DNA of 64,000 nt, taken from a virus. The stretch covers positions 1-64,000 of IMG/VR virus record IMGVR_UViG_3300037419_001192; one strand, given 5' to 3'. A program made the position numbers and the translations under genes. Of this stretch, positions 36,607 to 46,996 are shown in pieces. The notes under the pieces were generated by a model, which did not search any database, was not told the origin of the DNA, and worked only from the letters and a program-made list of their open reading frames with translations. Numbering within the stretch: position 1 is the stretch's first letter; each line of letters opens with the position of its first letter.

Positions 36607-37929
36607 ATGCGATATATCTCTGCGGAATTGAAAGCGCATCTGGCGCAGGAGCAAACCACGATTGCCACTTGCTGGCGGGTGCTGCTGAAGAACGGCAAGA
36701 TGTTTGGCTTCACCGACCATACGCGGGATATCCTGCTGACCGAATCGCTGCCGCCTTCGATCCAAGCGCTGTTTGCCACCCCGATTTCCAGCGTCGATCT
36801 GGTGTATCAATCCTCGTCCGGCTATACGCCGAGCGCGGTGCAATCGTCTTCGATGCTGAATGTTGATAACCTAGAAATCGAAGCGATTTTGAATAGCCCG
36901 GTCGTGCAGGAGCGGGATTTGATCGCTGGCCTATGGGATGGGGCGCGGGTGCAGCAATTCATCGTCAACTACGAAGACCTGACGATGGGGCGCATGATTT
37001 TACGCTCGGGCTTCATCGGCAACATCACGATCAAGAATGCCAGTTTTGTCGCGGAAGTCCGTGGTTTGACGCAATATTACGCCAACAATATTGGCGAGTT
37101 GTATAGCCCGACTTGCCGCGCCCGCTTGGGCGATGCCCGCTGCGGCTTGAGCCTTGCCGCGTTCACCACGACTGGCACCGTGGATACGGTCAACAACTCC
37201 ACCGGTACGGTCTATAGCAGCGCAATCACGCAGCCGGGCGGTGCTTATACGTCTTCGATCACTGGCATATCGCAAGCCCAACGTGCCGTGGTCACGACTT
37301 CCGGGGCGCATGGCTTCATCAATGGCGATGTCGTGTATATCGATGGGGTACAGGGCGTGGTGCAAGTCGGCAGCCCCGGTGTTCTCGACCCCAGCGGCAC
37401 CCCGTATTTCGGCACCGGAGCAACGCTGAACGGCCAATCGTTCGTGATTGCCGATGTGACTTCGAATTCGTTTTCAATCCCGGTCGATACCCGCACCAAT
37501 GGCACGGCGGATGGCGTCGCCGGCCCGCTGTACAACATGATTTATTCCCCGTATCAAGGCGGCGGCACTGTTAGCCCGCAGGGCGAGAGCGGTTATTTTG
37601 CGTATGGCACCGTGACCTTCACTTCGGGCTTGAATGCCGGCCTATCGATGGAAGTCAAGCAATCCGCACCGGGCGGCTTCGTGCTGCAACTGCCGATGCC
37701 GTATGACATTGCGCCGGGAGATACTTTTTCGGCGGTGGCCGGTTGCTCCGGGCGTTTCAAAGAAGATTGCCAAACGAAATTCAACAACGTCATCAATTTC
37801 CGGGGCGAGCCCTACCTGCCGGGCCTCGATCATGTGCTGCAATACGGCACCCAGCCGCTGTGGCAAGCGCAATCCGAAGCGCTGGCGAGCGATCCCTCGG
37901 TGACCAACACGGGTGGCGGCGTGGTCTAA
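36607..37929 (+). CDS. tail hub protein (DUF2163/BR0599-like)
   Basis: ATCWRV...GFTDH, CRARLGDARC, GC...C..KFNNVINFRGEPYLPG. Confidence 0.88.
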   Translation: MRYISAELKAHLAQEQTTIATCWRVLLKNGKMFGFTDHTRDILLTESLPPSIQALFATPISSVDLVYQSSSGYTPSAVQSSSMLNVDNLEIEAILNSPVVQERDLIAGLWDGARVQQFIVNYEDLTMGRMILRSGFIGNITIKNASFVAEVRGLTQYYANNIGELYSPTCRARLGDARCGLSLAAFTTTGTVDTVNNSTGTVYSSAITQPGGAYTSSITGISQAQRAVVTTSGAHGFINGDVVYIDGVQGVVQVGSPGVLDPSGTPYFGTGATLNGQSFVIADVTSNSFSIPVDTRTNGTADGVAGPLYNMIYSPYQGGGTVSPQGESGYFAYGTVTFTSGLNAGLSMEVKQSAPGGFVLQLPMPYDIAPGDTFSAVAGCSGRFKEDCQTKFNNVINFRGEPYLPGLDHVLQYGTQPLWQAQSEALASDPSVTNTGGGVV

Positions 37930-37957
37930 GTTGGCAATCAATTGCCGGGAGAATTGC

Positions 37958-38401
37958 ATGGCTACAAGAGAACAGATCGTCGCAGAAGCTAGGAGTTGGG
38001 TCGGCACCCGCTGGCACCATCAAGCCCGCGTCAAGGGCCATGGCGTCGATTGCCTTGGGATGGTCACCGATTTATGCGAAAAGTTGAACCTGTCGCCGGG
38101 CTTCCGCTGGGGCGATTGCCCGGAATACCATGGCTACGGCATGCAGCCGGATGCCGACCAGTTGCTCGAAGCCGTGCATCGCTTCCTGATTCCGGTAGCG
38201 CTGACAGACATCCGGAAAGGCGATGTCGGGGTCTTTCGCTTCGATGGCGGGCCGCAGCATTTCGCCATCTTCACGCAAGAAGACCCGCTATACATCGTGC
38301 ATGCCTATGCCCAAGCAAGAAAAGTCGTAGAACATCGCTTCGATGGCACATGGAGTGCCCGGCTGGTGGGGGCATTCCGTTTCCCTAACACGGAGGATTG
38401 A
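37958..38401 (+). CDS. NlpC/P60 tail-associated peptidase
   Basis: ARSWVGTRWHHQARVKGHGVDCLG, PQHFAI, IVHAY. Confidence 0.92.
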   Translation: MATREQIVAEARSWVGTRWHHQARVKGHGVDCLGMVTDLCEKLNLSPGFRWGDCPEYHGYGMQPDADQLLEAVHRFLIPVALTDIRKGDVGVFRFDGGPQHFAIFTQEDPLYIVHAYAQARKVVEHRFDGTWSARLVGAFRFPNTED

Positions 38402-39259
38402 TTGACCACGTTGATCCTGAGTGCCTATGGCGCGGTGGCCCCATCGTATGTGAATTCTCCGGAACTCGGATTTCCTGCTGGATCGTTCCTCGGTGCCGCG
38501 ATTTCGCCGGATCGCAAGACCATCAATACCCGCAACTCGAATGACTTGCGCAACCAGTCTTCGACCTACGGCAACCCTATCCCTATCGTGTTCCCCAATT
38601 ACCGGGTAGCAGGAAATATCATCTGGTCGGATGACATGCTGGGCACCCAGACCGGCACTGGAACTTCTGCGGTGACCACCTTCACGCAATCGTTCGCGGT
38701 CGGCATCTGCGAAGGGCCAATCGTCGGGGTGCGGCGCGTCTGGGCCGATAACAAGCTGATTTACGATACCCAGAGCCCGGTGTCCGGCAGCGGCTCGGCG
38801 GGGCTCGCCTTCAAAGCCAAGGGCTTTCGATTGTATTTCGGCAGTGAAAACCAGTTGCCCGATCCGCTGATGGAATCCATTGAGGGCGTTGGCAACGTTC
38901 CGGCCCACCGGGGCATGGCGTACCTGATTATCGAAGACCTCGACCTGACCGAGTTTGGCAATCGATTGCCAGTGCTGAATTTCGAAGTGGTCACGACGAA
39001 TGGCTTGCTGCTGAAAGATGTGGTCACGCTCGTTTCCGAACGCTGCGGCTTGTCTGCCGATGATATCGATGTCTCGATGCTCGGCGCATCGCTGCATGGC
39101 TATGGCATCTTGCATATGACCGGCAGGAATGCCTTGGAGCCATTGATGCAGGCATTCTTGTTCGATGCGGTGGAAAGTGGCGAAGTCGTGAAGTTCGTAT
39201 TGCGCGGTAATCCGCCTGTGCTCACTATTGCAGCAGAAGAACTTTTGGAGTCTGCATAA
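38402..39259 (+). CDS. tail tip protein N-terminal module, paralog 1
   Basis: STYGNPIPIV..RVAGNIIW, FAVGICEGPI, QLPDP, VPAHRGMAY, FGNRLP, DAVESG..KFV.RG. Confidence 0.85.
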   Translation: MTTLILSAYGAVAPSYVNSPELGFPAGSFLGAAISPDRKTINTRNSNDLRNQSSTYGNPIPIVFPNYRVAGNIIWSDDMLGTQTGTGTSAVTTFTQSFAVGICEGPIVGVRRVWADNKLIYDTQSPVSGSGSAGLAFKAKGFRLYFGSENQLPDPLMESIEGVGNVPAHRGMAYLIIEDLDLTEFGNRLPVLNFEVVTTNGLLLKDVVTLVSERCGLSADDIDVSMLGASLHGYGILHMTGRNALEPLMQAFLFDAVESGEVVKFVLRGNPPVLTIAAEELLESA

Positions 39260-41346
39260 TGGCATCTCTCGCACTCGGATCAATGCAAGCGAATGCCGGG
39301 GTCATCATCCCCGGTGCCGGTGCATCCACCGGGTATATGTATGGCTCGTCACTGGGCACCGCGCTATTTCCCGAAGTGAAATCGGGCGGGCCTAGCCTTG
39401 CCGAATTGAAATTCCAAGATTCGACGCTAGGCATGACGATCCCCATCGTGTATGGCGCATTCCGAGTCGCTGGTAATGTCATCTGGGCGACCAGCCTGAA
39501 AGTCTCGACCAAGTATCCGGGCAAAGACCCGAACCACCCGAACTACACTTGTTCGTTCGCAGTTGGCGTGTGCGAAGGCGGTAAGGGTATCCGCAAAATG
39601 TGGTTCGATTCGAAGCTGGTGTATGACGCCAGTTCGGTGAAGATCATCCATGGCTTCCATGCGTCTTCCTTCAAGATTTACATGGGCACCGAAGACCAGT
39701 TGCCCGACCCGACCATCGAAATGGATAAGGGCGTTGGCAATGTGCCAGCATTCCGGGGGCTGGCCTATGTGGTGTTCAACACGCTGGAGTTGGTCGAATA
39801 TGGCAATCGATTGCCAAACATTTCTTTCGAAGTCGCGGATATCGATACTGGGCCGACGCTGACGCTGACCTACAGCCCCATCGTGGATTACATGGGCGGC
39901 ACCAGCAATCTCGCCAACATCACCTACTACCAAAGCATTGCCTACGATTCAATGTCGAATACGGTTTGGCAAATGCTGCTATACCAAGCCATCAAGCAAG
40001 ATGACCCCAAGCTGACCGGCACCTTTGCAATCATCGATGCGAAAACCATGACGGTACTTGGCACCACGACCGGGGAGCCCGGCTTTGGCCCGAATGGCAT
40101 CACCGATGGCACGTTGGCTTACCAGATGGAGCCGGGCTACCTGATCGCCAACCCGAAGGCGAATCAAATGATTTACTGGGAAAACGATTCGCCTCCGATT
40201 GTCCGGGCCTATAACGCGACGACCGGAGCATGGTTGTGGGACAAAAATTTCTATGATCCGGCTCACCCGCTGCGCTTTCCAGAACCTGACCCCTATAGCG
40301 ACCCGATGGATGGCTGCTGGGTCAACCAGTACGATGGCTCGATCTGGGTTTCCAGCGTGTATGGCATCCAGCAATTGAGCAATGCCGATGGCAGCATTCT
40401 CCGTACTTTCCCGCTGCCGAGTGCCCCCGCAACGGATGATGTTTTTGAAATGACCTTTTACAAGGACAAGTTCATTTACTACACCACTTCGGGAAATTCC
40501 GGCGACTCCACTACCGGCAGTGTTGTCTTCCATGTGCGCGGCCTGAATTTGTCCACGGGGCAAGTCGTGAATTACCTGAGCGGAAACACTTCTACCTCCA
40601 CGGGCTTTACAGTCAATTTTCGTAGCATTACCTGCGACACCCTGCGCAACCACTTCATCGTTCTGAAAGCCGAATCGCAAACCACGACGACCGTGGGGGA
40701 ATCGCTGCGGCTGATCGTTTATGATCCAGTTGCCATGATGGTAATCACAGATAAGCCGATCAGCTACACCACCCTCGATAACGGGGAGCAATCGACCGCC
40801 AACCTCGTCAATGCCATCCCGCAGTACGATCTGGCCCATGATTGTGTCTGGGTAACGAATTTTGTCACCGGCATGGATTACTTAAATAACGGCACGATTG
40901 CGAATGGCAATACCTTGGCAGCGCTCGATCCGGTGACGCTCGATTTGCTAATCCAGAGCGAGCCGATAGATATCGGCATTCAACCCGTAGCGATTGGCAA
41001 CGATACGCTGCCATGCGTGTATGTGAATACGGCGAATTACAACGGCACCGCGAAATATTGCTTTGGCACCCAGTCTCCGCCCGGCCCGGCCACCCTCGGG
41101 GAAACCCTGTACGATATGTCGGCGCGGATCGGTCTGGTCGGCCAAGCGGATACCAATGGCTTGTTCCAGAAAATCAAGGGTTTCGCAGTCACGCAGCAAA
41201 TGCCTTGCCGCAGCGCAATGCAGCCGCTGATGCAAGCCTACTATGTGGATGCGGTGGAATCCGGGGAAACGGTGAAATTCGTGCAGCGCGGCCAGCCCCC
41301 GGTAACTACGATCCATATGGATAACGCGATTCCGGAGGGACAATGA
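39259..41346 (+). CDS. tail tip protein N-terminal module, paralog 2, with ~400-aa beta-propeller-like insert
   Basis: Same motifs as paralog 1, with a long repeat-like beta insert after GNRLPNISFEV. Confidence 0.85.
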   Translation: MASLALGSMQANAGVIIPGAGASTGYMYGSSLGTALFPEVKSGGPSLAELKFQDSTLGMTIPIVYGAFRVAGNVIWATSLKVSTKYPGKDPNHPNYTCSFAVGVCEGGKGIRKMWFDSKLVYDASSVKIIHGFHASSFKIYMGTEDQLPDPTIEMDKGVGNVPAFRGLAYVVFNTLELVEYGNRLPNISFEVADIDTGPTLTLTYSPIVDYMGGTSNLANITYYQSIAYDSMSNTVWQMLLYQAIKQDDPKLTGTFAIIDAKTMTVLGTTTGEPGFGPNGITDGTLAYQMEPGYLIANPKANQMIYWENDSPPIVRAYNATTGAWLWDKNFYDPAHPLRFPEPDPYSDPMDGCWVNQYDGSIWVSSVYGIQQLSNADGSILRTFPLPSAPATDDVFEMTFYKDKFIYYTTSGNSGDSTTGSVVFHVRGLNLSTGQVVNYLSGNTSTSTGFTVNFRSITCDTLRNHFIVLKAESQTTTTVGESLRLIVYDPVAMMVITDKPISYTTLDNGEQSTANLVNAIPQYDLAHDCVWVTNFVTGMDYLNNGTIANGNTLAALDPVTLDLLIQSEPIDIGIQPVAIGNDTLPCVYVNTANYNGTAKYCFGTQSPPGPATLGETLYDMSARIGLVGQADTNGLFQKIKGFAVTQQMPCRSAMQPLMQAYYVDAVESGETVKFVQRGQPPVTTIHMDNAIPEGQ

Positions 41347-42170
41347 CTACCCTAGCCCTTTCCGGACAAACCGCCGCGCCCCCGCAAAAAACGGCGCAGG
41401 GCGGCTTGATGACGGGCTCGCTGATCGGCTCGTCATTATTCAAGAACACGAATAACTCGGGCAGCCGGCTATCGGACTTGAAGGTGCAATCCTCGGCTTA
41501 TGGCAATGCGATCCCGATTGTGTTTGGCAGCTACCGCGTGGCCGGCAATGTGATCTGGTCTACCAATCTGCAACAGGTCGGCACCGGTACTTCCTACATG
41601 GTGTCATGTGCGATTGCAATTTGTGCTGGCCCGGTGGTTGGCGTGACACGGGTATGGGCTGACAACAAGCTGATCTATAACGCCCGCACCGATATCGGCA
41701 CCCAAGGCCAAGCCTTGCCGGTCGGCGCAGTGACGTTTTATCCGGGCAGCGAAACCCAATTGCCCGACCCCACGATTGAAGCCTATGAGGGTGCAGGCAA
41801 TGTGCCGGCGCATCGCGGCATTGCTTATGTGGTGCTGACCGATTTGCAACTGGCACTCTTTGGCAATCGATTGCCAAACTTTACCTTCGAAGTCGGCGCA
41901 CCGACCCCAGTGCCCTTGCCGGTACGGGATGTGGTTGCCGAACTGAGTCGGCTATGCGGCATGGCCCCGGATCAACTCGATGTCGCGTCGATGCAATCGG
42001 TATTGCATGGCTTTGCGCTGACGCGGCAGCAACCATGCCGGGCGGCGCTGGAACCGCTGATGAAGCTTTTTCGATTCGATGCGGTAGAATCTAGTTCCAC
42101 AGTGAAATTCGTTGAACGCGGCAATCTGCCCGCCCTTGTGTTATCGATGGATACCACGATACCCGGCTAG
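41343..42170 (+). CDS. tail tip protein N-terminal module, paralog 3
   Basis: SAYGNAIPIV..RVAGNVIW, QLPDP, VPAHRGIAY, FGNRLP, DAVESS..KFV.RG. Confidence 0.85.
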   Translation: MTTLALSGQTAAPPQKTAQGGLMTGSLIGSSLFKNTNNSGSRLSDLKVQSSAYGNAIPIVFGSYRVAGNVIWSTNLQQVGTGTSYMVSCAIAICAGPVVGVTRVWADNKLIYNARTDIGTQGQALPVGAVTFYPGSETQLPDPTIEAYEGAGNVPAHRGIAYVVLTDLQLALFGNRLPNFTFEVGAPTPVPLPVRDVVAELSRLCGMAPDQLDVASMQSVLHGFALTRQQPCRAALEPLMKLFRFDAVESSSTVKFVERGNLPALVLSMDTTIPG

Positions 42171-42178
42171 GAAACCCG

Positions 42179-45100
42179 ATGAGCAAAATTAACATTGTCA
42201 GGCAACAAGAATCGGAATTGCCCGCGCTGGTATCGGTGCAGTACATCAACCAAGGTGCCAATTACCAGCAAGGGGTGCAAACCGCGAAACGCTTCACCGC
42301 GCATAGCAGCCAGCAAGTCACGATCCAATGCCCGATTGTCTTCACCGATCTGGAAGCCAAGCAGATCGCGGAAATCCTGATGTACAACGCATGGATCGAA
42401 CGCGACCGCTTTACGCTGACGCTGCCCCGGAAATATGCGTATCTGGAGCCGACCGATGTATTCAATATCTATGATCCGATCAACTCGTTCATCTTCACGG
42501 TGCGGATCGTATCGAAAACCGAATCCCGCACCGGCACCGTAGCGCTGGAATGCGTCGCTGACCATGCGCCGCTGTACAAGCAAAATGCCGCGACCTCGAC
42601 CGTGCAGGCGCAAGTGCAGACCGGCACTGTGGCCTCGCAAACCATCGTTGCACTGATGGACTTGCCGGCGCTGACGAGCCAGAACTATTCGACCGGGTAT
42701 TACCTCGCGCTGGGCGGTACGAACTCGGGGTGGACGGGCGGCTCGCTATACCAATCACTCGATGGTGGACAAACCTATACGCTGGTGCAATCCACGGCGG
42801 GTGCCGCGACGATGGGCACAACGCTAAATGCGCTCTCGCCATTCCCTACCGGGGGTATCGATACCACCGATACGTTGACCGTTTCTATCACCAGCGGCAC
42901 CCTATCTTCCACGAATGCCACCGGCTTGGCGAACGGCGTCAATACCGCATCGGTGCAAACGGTAGGCGGCTACGAAATCATCCAGTTCCAAACCGCAACC
43001 CTGCGCAGCAGCGTCGATGGCGTCGATACCTATGTGCTGTCTGGCCTGACCCGTGGAGAATATGGCACCGAATGGGCCACGGCGGGCCATGCGGTGGGCG
43101 ACCAGTTTGTATTGCTGGATTCCAACGTGATCCGGGTGCCAATATCCACAACGCAACTCGACCAGCCGATCCTGTACAAAGCGGTATCGACCGGGCAAAG
43201 CCTGTCCTCGGTATCATCGTTCACACTGTCGAATACCGGCGTGGCGATCAAGCCGTATGCACCGGTCAACGGCACGGCAACGCAGGCTTCCAGCGGCGAT
43301 GTGACGATAAGCTGGACGCGCTCGCTGCGAGTTGGCGAAACCAGTTCTTCGACCGCGACTTACCAAGTCGAAATCTTCGATGCCACATTCAACACGCTGA
43401 AACGCACGATCACGGGTATCACCGCGTCGGGCATGACTGCCGGCACCACGTACACGGTGGCGCAGCAGACGCAGGATTTCGGCGGCGTGATTTCCGAGTT
43501 GTATGCCCGGATTGAACAAATCGACCCGACCGTGGGCGTGGGCTACCCGGAACAAATCGATGTGCCGCTGCAAACCACGACTACCACGACCACGGGCGGC
43601 AAGTTTGCTGGCGTGGTGGAAGCAGCCAATGCGGCAACGAGTGCCGATGCCGATCTGGTGCCGGCTGCCGTTGGCGGATCGCAATGGAATCCTTCCGCCA
43701 CTGGCCCGGCTGTGACGTTGCTGAACAACAGCTATTCGATGGAAGTGCTGGATGGTGCAATTTCCACGACTAGCTGGGAAAGCGCCCTGTCGATTACTTC
43801 GCAAACCGCTGGCAAATGGTATGCGGAAACGATCTTCAACAATGTCGGCTACTACAGCGTCGGCTTTGGCGTGGGCACGGCGGCGCAAGCTCTCACCGGC
43901 AATACCTCGCCTCCGGGCAGCAATGCGAAAAACGCCTTCATCCTCGATTCCGGCAGCAGCACCAGCAGCTTCCGCTTCAATGGTGTGACCGATAACACAT
44001 TGCCGGGCATCCACAACAATGACCGCATCGCCATGGCAGTGGACTTGGATGCGCAACTGGTTTGGTACTCGGTCAATGGCGGCAACTGGAACAACAGCGC
44101 CTCGGCCAATCCCGCTACCGGGGTGGGCGGCAAATCGTTCGCCGGGATTGCTGCCGGCCCGTACTACTTGCTCGGTACGGTAGTGTCCTCGACCGGGTAC
44201 TCCAGCGGCGAAGTCACTCTCAGTTCGCAGAACTACCTGACGGTGCCAGCAGGCTTTTCGTCATGGGATAGCACCACGATCCAGCATCCGCCTAGCTCGC
44301 TGTCGGCCTCAATTACCGAAAGCAATACGGCAACGGATTCGATGGATAGCCAATGGACGCCGGCTGGCAGCGCAATCAAGGGCACGGCGGGGCTCACCAA
44401 GCTGTATGGCGATGCCAGCATGGACGATGGCTACCAGCAAATCACGATCCCATTCCCATTCAAATTCTTCAGCACCGATTACGGCAACGATGCGAATGGC
44501 GGCGTCTTCGTCGGCTCGAACGGGTATGTCACGTTCGGCCAAAGCAACACCGCGTATTCCGGCCTGACTGCCTCGGTTCTCGGCAGGGCACTGGCGATCC
44601 ATGCCGGCGACCGCAGCCTCCAGCGCTTGTATGGTGGCATGGATGGCAGCAATTACCGTATCCGCTATGAAGGCGATATCACTTCTGGCGGCACGGCGGG
44701 CAGCCCGACCGAAGTATGGGAATTGACGTTTGCCACCGATGGCCGCATGCAATTGGCGATGGGCGTCGAAGGCACGATTGCGGCGGGCGATGCAGGCGTA
44801 TCCGGTATCTCGAATAGCATCACGATTTCCCCGACCTTCAATCCGACCACATGGACGAGCTATGTATTGACGCCGGATGCGAATGGCGCGAACTGGGTGA
44901 TCACGACCGGCACGTTGACGAACGGCACTTCGGGTGGAACGTCTGGCGGCACGACGCTGACCCCAACCAAGTATGTGTCCCCGACCGGCAGCGATTCGAA
45001 TCCGGGTACGCAAGCAGCACCATGGCAATCGTTTGCCAAGGCGGTTGCCAGCGCGGTGCCGGGCGATGTCGTTGCCTTCATGGATGGCACTTATACCCAA

Positions 45101-46207
45101 GGCGAGATTGCAATCACGAATTCCGGTACGCAGGCCAATCCGATCACGTATATGTCGCTCAACAAGTGGGGCGCGGTGATCAACTCGACTTCTACCAATT
45201 CGTCTACCGGCGCACATCCGGGTATCTCGCTGTATGCAAGCTGGATTACGATCAAGGATTTCGTGATGCAGCCCGATGCCGGCACTACACCTACCACCAC
45301 ATATACTTCGGCAAACTGCGATATCCGTGCATGGGACAATGGCACTCCATCGGCATCGAACGACACGACCGGCTATGTCGGCTGCCATATCACCGGGGTC
45401 AAGTCGCTGTCCACCAGCAGCGCCCGTGCGATTGCATTCAAGTCGAATCAGGATTCGACCATCATCGAGGATTGCACTACGCATAACGTGATTGAAATCT
45501 TCAATTCGAAAAATTCGATTGTTCGGCGCAACACGATTCTCGGCCAAGACCAGAGTGGCATTTCGCTGTTGGCGAAGGGCGGCATCCGCAGTGCGCAAAT
45601 TTATGGCAATACGATCCACAATATCTTCAGCGGCGGCTGGGCGATTTGCATCGGCGGCACGACTGCGCCGGGCAACTTCTATGACAATACCGCGCAAATC
45701 GAAGCCTACAATTGCGTCGCCTTCAGTAACGTGGTCGTCAATGAATCGTCTGGCGGCTGTGAAGCCTTGCTATTCTGCGGCGCGAAGGATTCGGCATTCT
45801 TCAATAACACGGTGACTGGCTTCTGTACCGTGGGCTCGCGCAGCAGCCCGAACAATCTGGTGGCCTCGACCAACCCGACGCTGAAGAACAATATCTTCAA
45901 GGGCACGGGCGGCAACTGGGAAGGAGGCTATTCCTTTGCATCGGGCTGGGCTTACAACGGTACTTCGACCATCGATTACAACGATTTCTATAACTATGGC
46001 TCGACCCCGACGCAGACCCATGGCTTGACCAGCGATCCGCTGCTGGTGAATGCCTCGTCCGATTGGCATTTGCAATCGGGCAGCCCGTGTATCGGTGCCG
46101 GTGCAACGCTGACCTTCACCGGCTTCTATGGCGAGTCAATTACTGTCTCGACCGATCTGGCTGGAGATACCCGCACCGCGCCATGGTCGATGGGTGCCTA
46201 CAAGTAA
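42179..46207 (+). CDS. tail tip C-terminal module / central fibre with SPRY-like, beta-sandwich and beta-helix domains
   Basis: [25 protein letters not shown]...[21 protein letters not shown]; GKWYAE...MAVDLD (SPRY-like); [17 protein letters not shown] beta-helix start. Confidence 0.85.
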   Translation: MSKINIVRQQESELPALVSVQYINQGANYQQGVQTAKRFTAHSSQQVTIQCPIVFTDLEAKQIAEILMYNAWIERDRFTLTLPRKYAYLEPTDVFNIYDPINSFIFTVRIVSKTESRTGTVALECVADHAPLYKQNAATSTVQAQVQTGTVASQTIVALMDLPALTSQNYSTGYYLALGGTNSGWTGGSLYQSLDGGQTYTLVQSTAGAATMGTTLNALSPFPTGGIDTTDTLTVSITSGTLSSTNATGLANGVNTASVQTVGGYEIIQFQTATLRSSVDGVDTYVLSGLTRGEYGTEWATAGHAVGDQFVLLDSNVIRVPISTTQLDQPILYKAVSTGQSLSSVSSFTLSNTGVAIKPYAPVNGTATQASSGDVTISWTRSLRVGETSSSTATYQVEIFDATFNTLKRTITGITASGMTAGTTYTVAQQTQDFGGVISELYARIEQIDPTVGVGYPEQIDVPLQTTTTTTTGGKFAGVVEAANAATSADADLVPAAVGGSQWNPSATGPAVTLLNNSYSMEVLDGAISTTSWESALSITSQTAGKWYAETIFNNVGYYSVGFGVGTAAQALTGNTSPPGSNAKNAFILDSGSSTSSFRFNGVTDNTLPGIHNNDRIAMAVDLDAQLVWYSVNGGNWNNSASANPATGVGGKSFAGIAAGPYYLLGTVVSSTGYSSGEVTLSSQNYLTVPAGFSSWDSTTIQHPPSSLSASITESNTATDSMDSQWTPAGSAIKGTAGLTKLYGDASMDDGYQQITIPFPFKFFSTDYGNDANGGVFVGSNGYVTFGQSNTAYSGLTASVLGRALAIHAGDRSLQRLYGGMDGSNYRIRYEGDITSGGTAGSPTEVWELTFATDGRMQLAMGVEGTIAAGDAGVSGISNSITISPTFNPTTWTSYVLTPDANGANWVITTGTLTNGTSGGTSGGTTLTPTKYVSPTGSDSNPGTQAAPWQSFAKAVASAVPGDVVAFMDGTYTQGEIAITNSGTQANPITYMSLNKWGAVINSTSTNSSTGAHPGISLYASWITIKDFVMQPDAGTTPTTTYTSANCDIRAWDNGTPSASNDTTGYVGCHITGVKSLSTSSARAIAFKSNQDSTIIEDCTTHNVIEIFNSKNSIVRRNTILGQDQSGISLLAKGGIRSAQIYGNTIHNIFSGGWAICIGGTTAPGNFYDNTAQIEAYNCVAFSNVVVNESSGGCEALLFCGAKDSAFFNNTVTGFCTVGSRSSPNNLVASTNPTLKNNIFKGTGGNWEGGYSFASGWAYNGTSTIDYNDFYNYGSTPTQTHGLTSDPLLVNASSDWHLQSGSPCIGAGATLTFTGFYGESITVSTDLAGDTRTAPWSMGAYK

Positions 46208-46227
46208 GCTGGCAATTGATTGCCACG

Positions 46228-46260
46228 GCCCGCACGGTACGCCCTGCGGGTTTTTTCTTT
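46228..46260 (+). terminator. intrinsic terminator
   Basis: GCCCGCA...TGCGGGT hairpin + T-run. Confidence 0.75.
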
Positions 46261-46261
46261 C

Positions 46262-46290
46262 TGGTTAGGAAGTTTTCCGTGGTGTATTCT
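46262..46290 (+). promoter_or_regulatory. putative late-class promoter
   Basis: TGGTTAGG-N15-TATTCT. Confidence 0.5.
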
Positions 46291-46341
46291 TGGGGGCAAT
46301 TCTTTCTGGCAATCAGTTGCCGCAACCTCAAGAGGAATACC

Positions 46342-46917
46342 ATGGAAAAGATGAATGGCACCGATGCTTGCGGCGCTGCCGTGCAACGTGGCGCTGGTAT
46401 GGGCGAGCAAGCCCAAGCCGAAGGTTTTTATGTGGTCGAATGCCGCGATGCGGATGGCAACCTGAAATGGGCCGATGACATTCACAATCTGGTCACGACC
46501 GAAGGCAAGAATTACAACCTCGATACCTTCCTCGCTGGCGCAGCTTATACCGCTGCATGGGCGCTGGGCCTGATTTCCTCGGTCGGCTATTCCGCTGTCG
46601 CCGCAGGAGACACCGCTGCGCAAATCAATGGCACCAACGGCTGGAAAGAAGCCGGCAACGCCAACGCCCCGACCTACTCGCAAACGGCGCGTCCGACCCC
46701 GGCATTCTCGGCAGCGGCAGGCGGCTCGAAATCGACTTCTTCGGCAGTGGCGTTCTCGATCACTTCGAGCGGCACCGTCAAGGGTTGCTTCCTTTGCTCG
46801 TCTACGACCAAGGATGGCACGACCGGCAAACTGTACAGCGCGGGCCTGTTCTCCGGTGGCGACAAGACCGTGGGCAATGGCGACACGCTGTCCGTAACTT
46901 ACGCCAGTTCCCTGTAA
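46342..46917 (+). CDS. putative virion fibre/filament subunit
   Basis: [23 protein letters not shown] pattern; biased codons; own promoter and terminator. Confidence 0.65.
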   Translation: MEKMNGTDACGAAVQRGAGMGEQAQAEGFYVVECRDADGNLKWADDIHNLVTTEGKNYNLDTFLAGAAYTAAWALGLISSVGYSAVAAGDTAAQINGTNGWKEAGNANAPTYSQTARPTPAFSAAAGGSKSTSSAVAFSITSSGTVKGCFLCSSTTKDGTTGKLYSAGLFSGGDKTVGNGDTLSVTYASSL

Positions 46918-46934
46918 GCAACATTTCACCAAGG

Positions 46935-46978
46935 GCGGGGTGGAGTGGCAATTGATTGCCGCCACCCCGCTTGTTTTT
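46935..46978 (+). terminator. intrinsic terminator enclosing the 14-bp palindrome
   Basis: GCGGGGTGG..GGCAATTGATTGCC..CCACCCCGC + TTGTTTTT. Confidence 0.7.
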
Positions 46979-46996
46979 GATGCAGCGGAGTAAGGC

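Noticed and set aside
38402-46207. Diversity-generating retroelement or invertase shufflon for the tail paralogs
   Set aside because: No reverse transcriptase, no adenine-specific TR/VR pair and no recombinase in the window; all modules are in the same orientation
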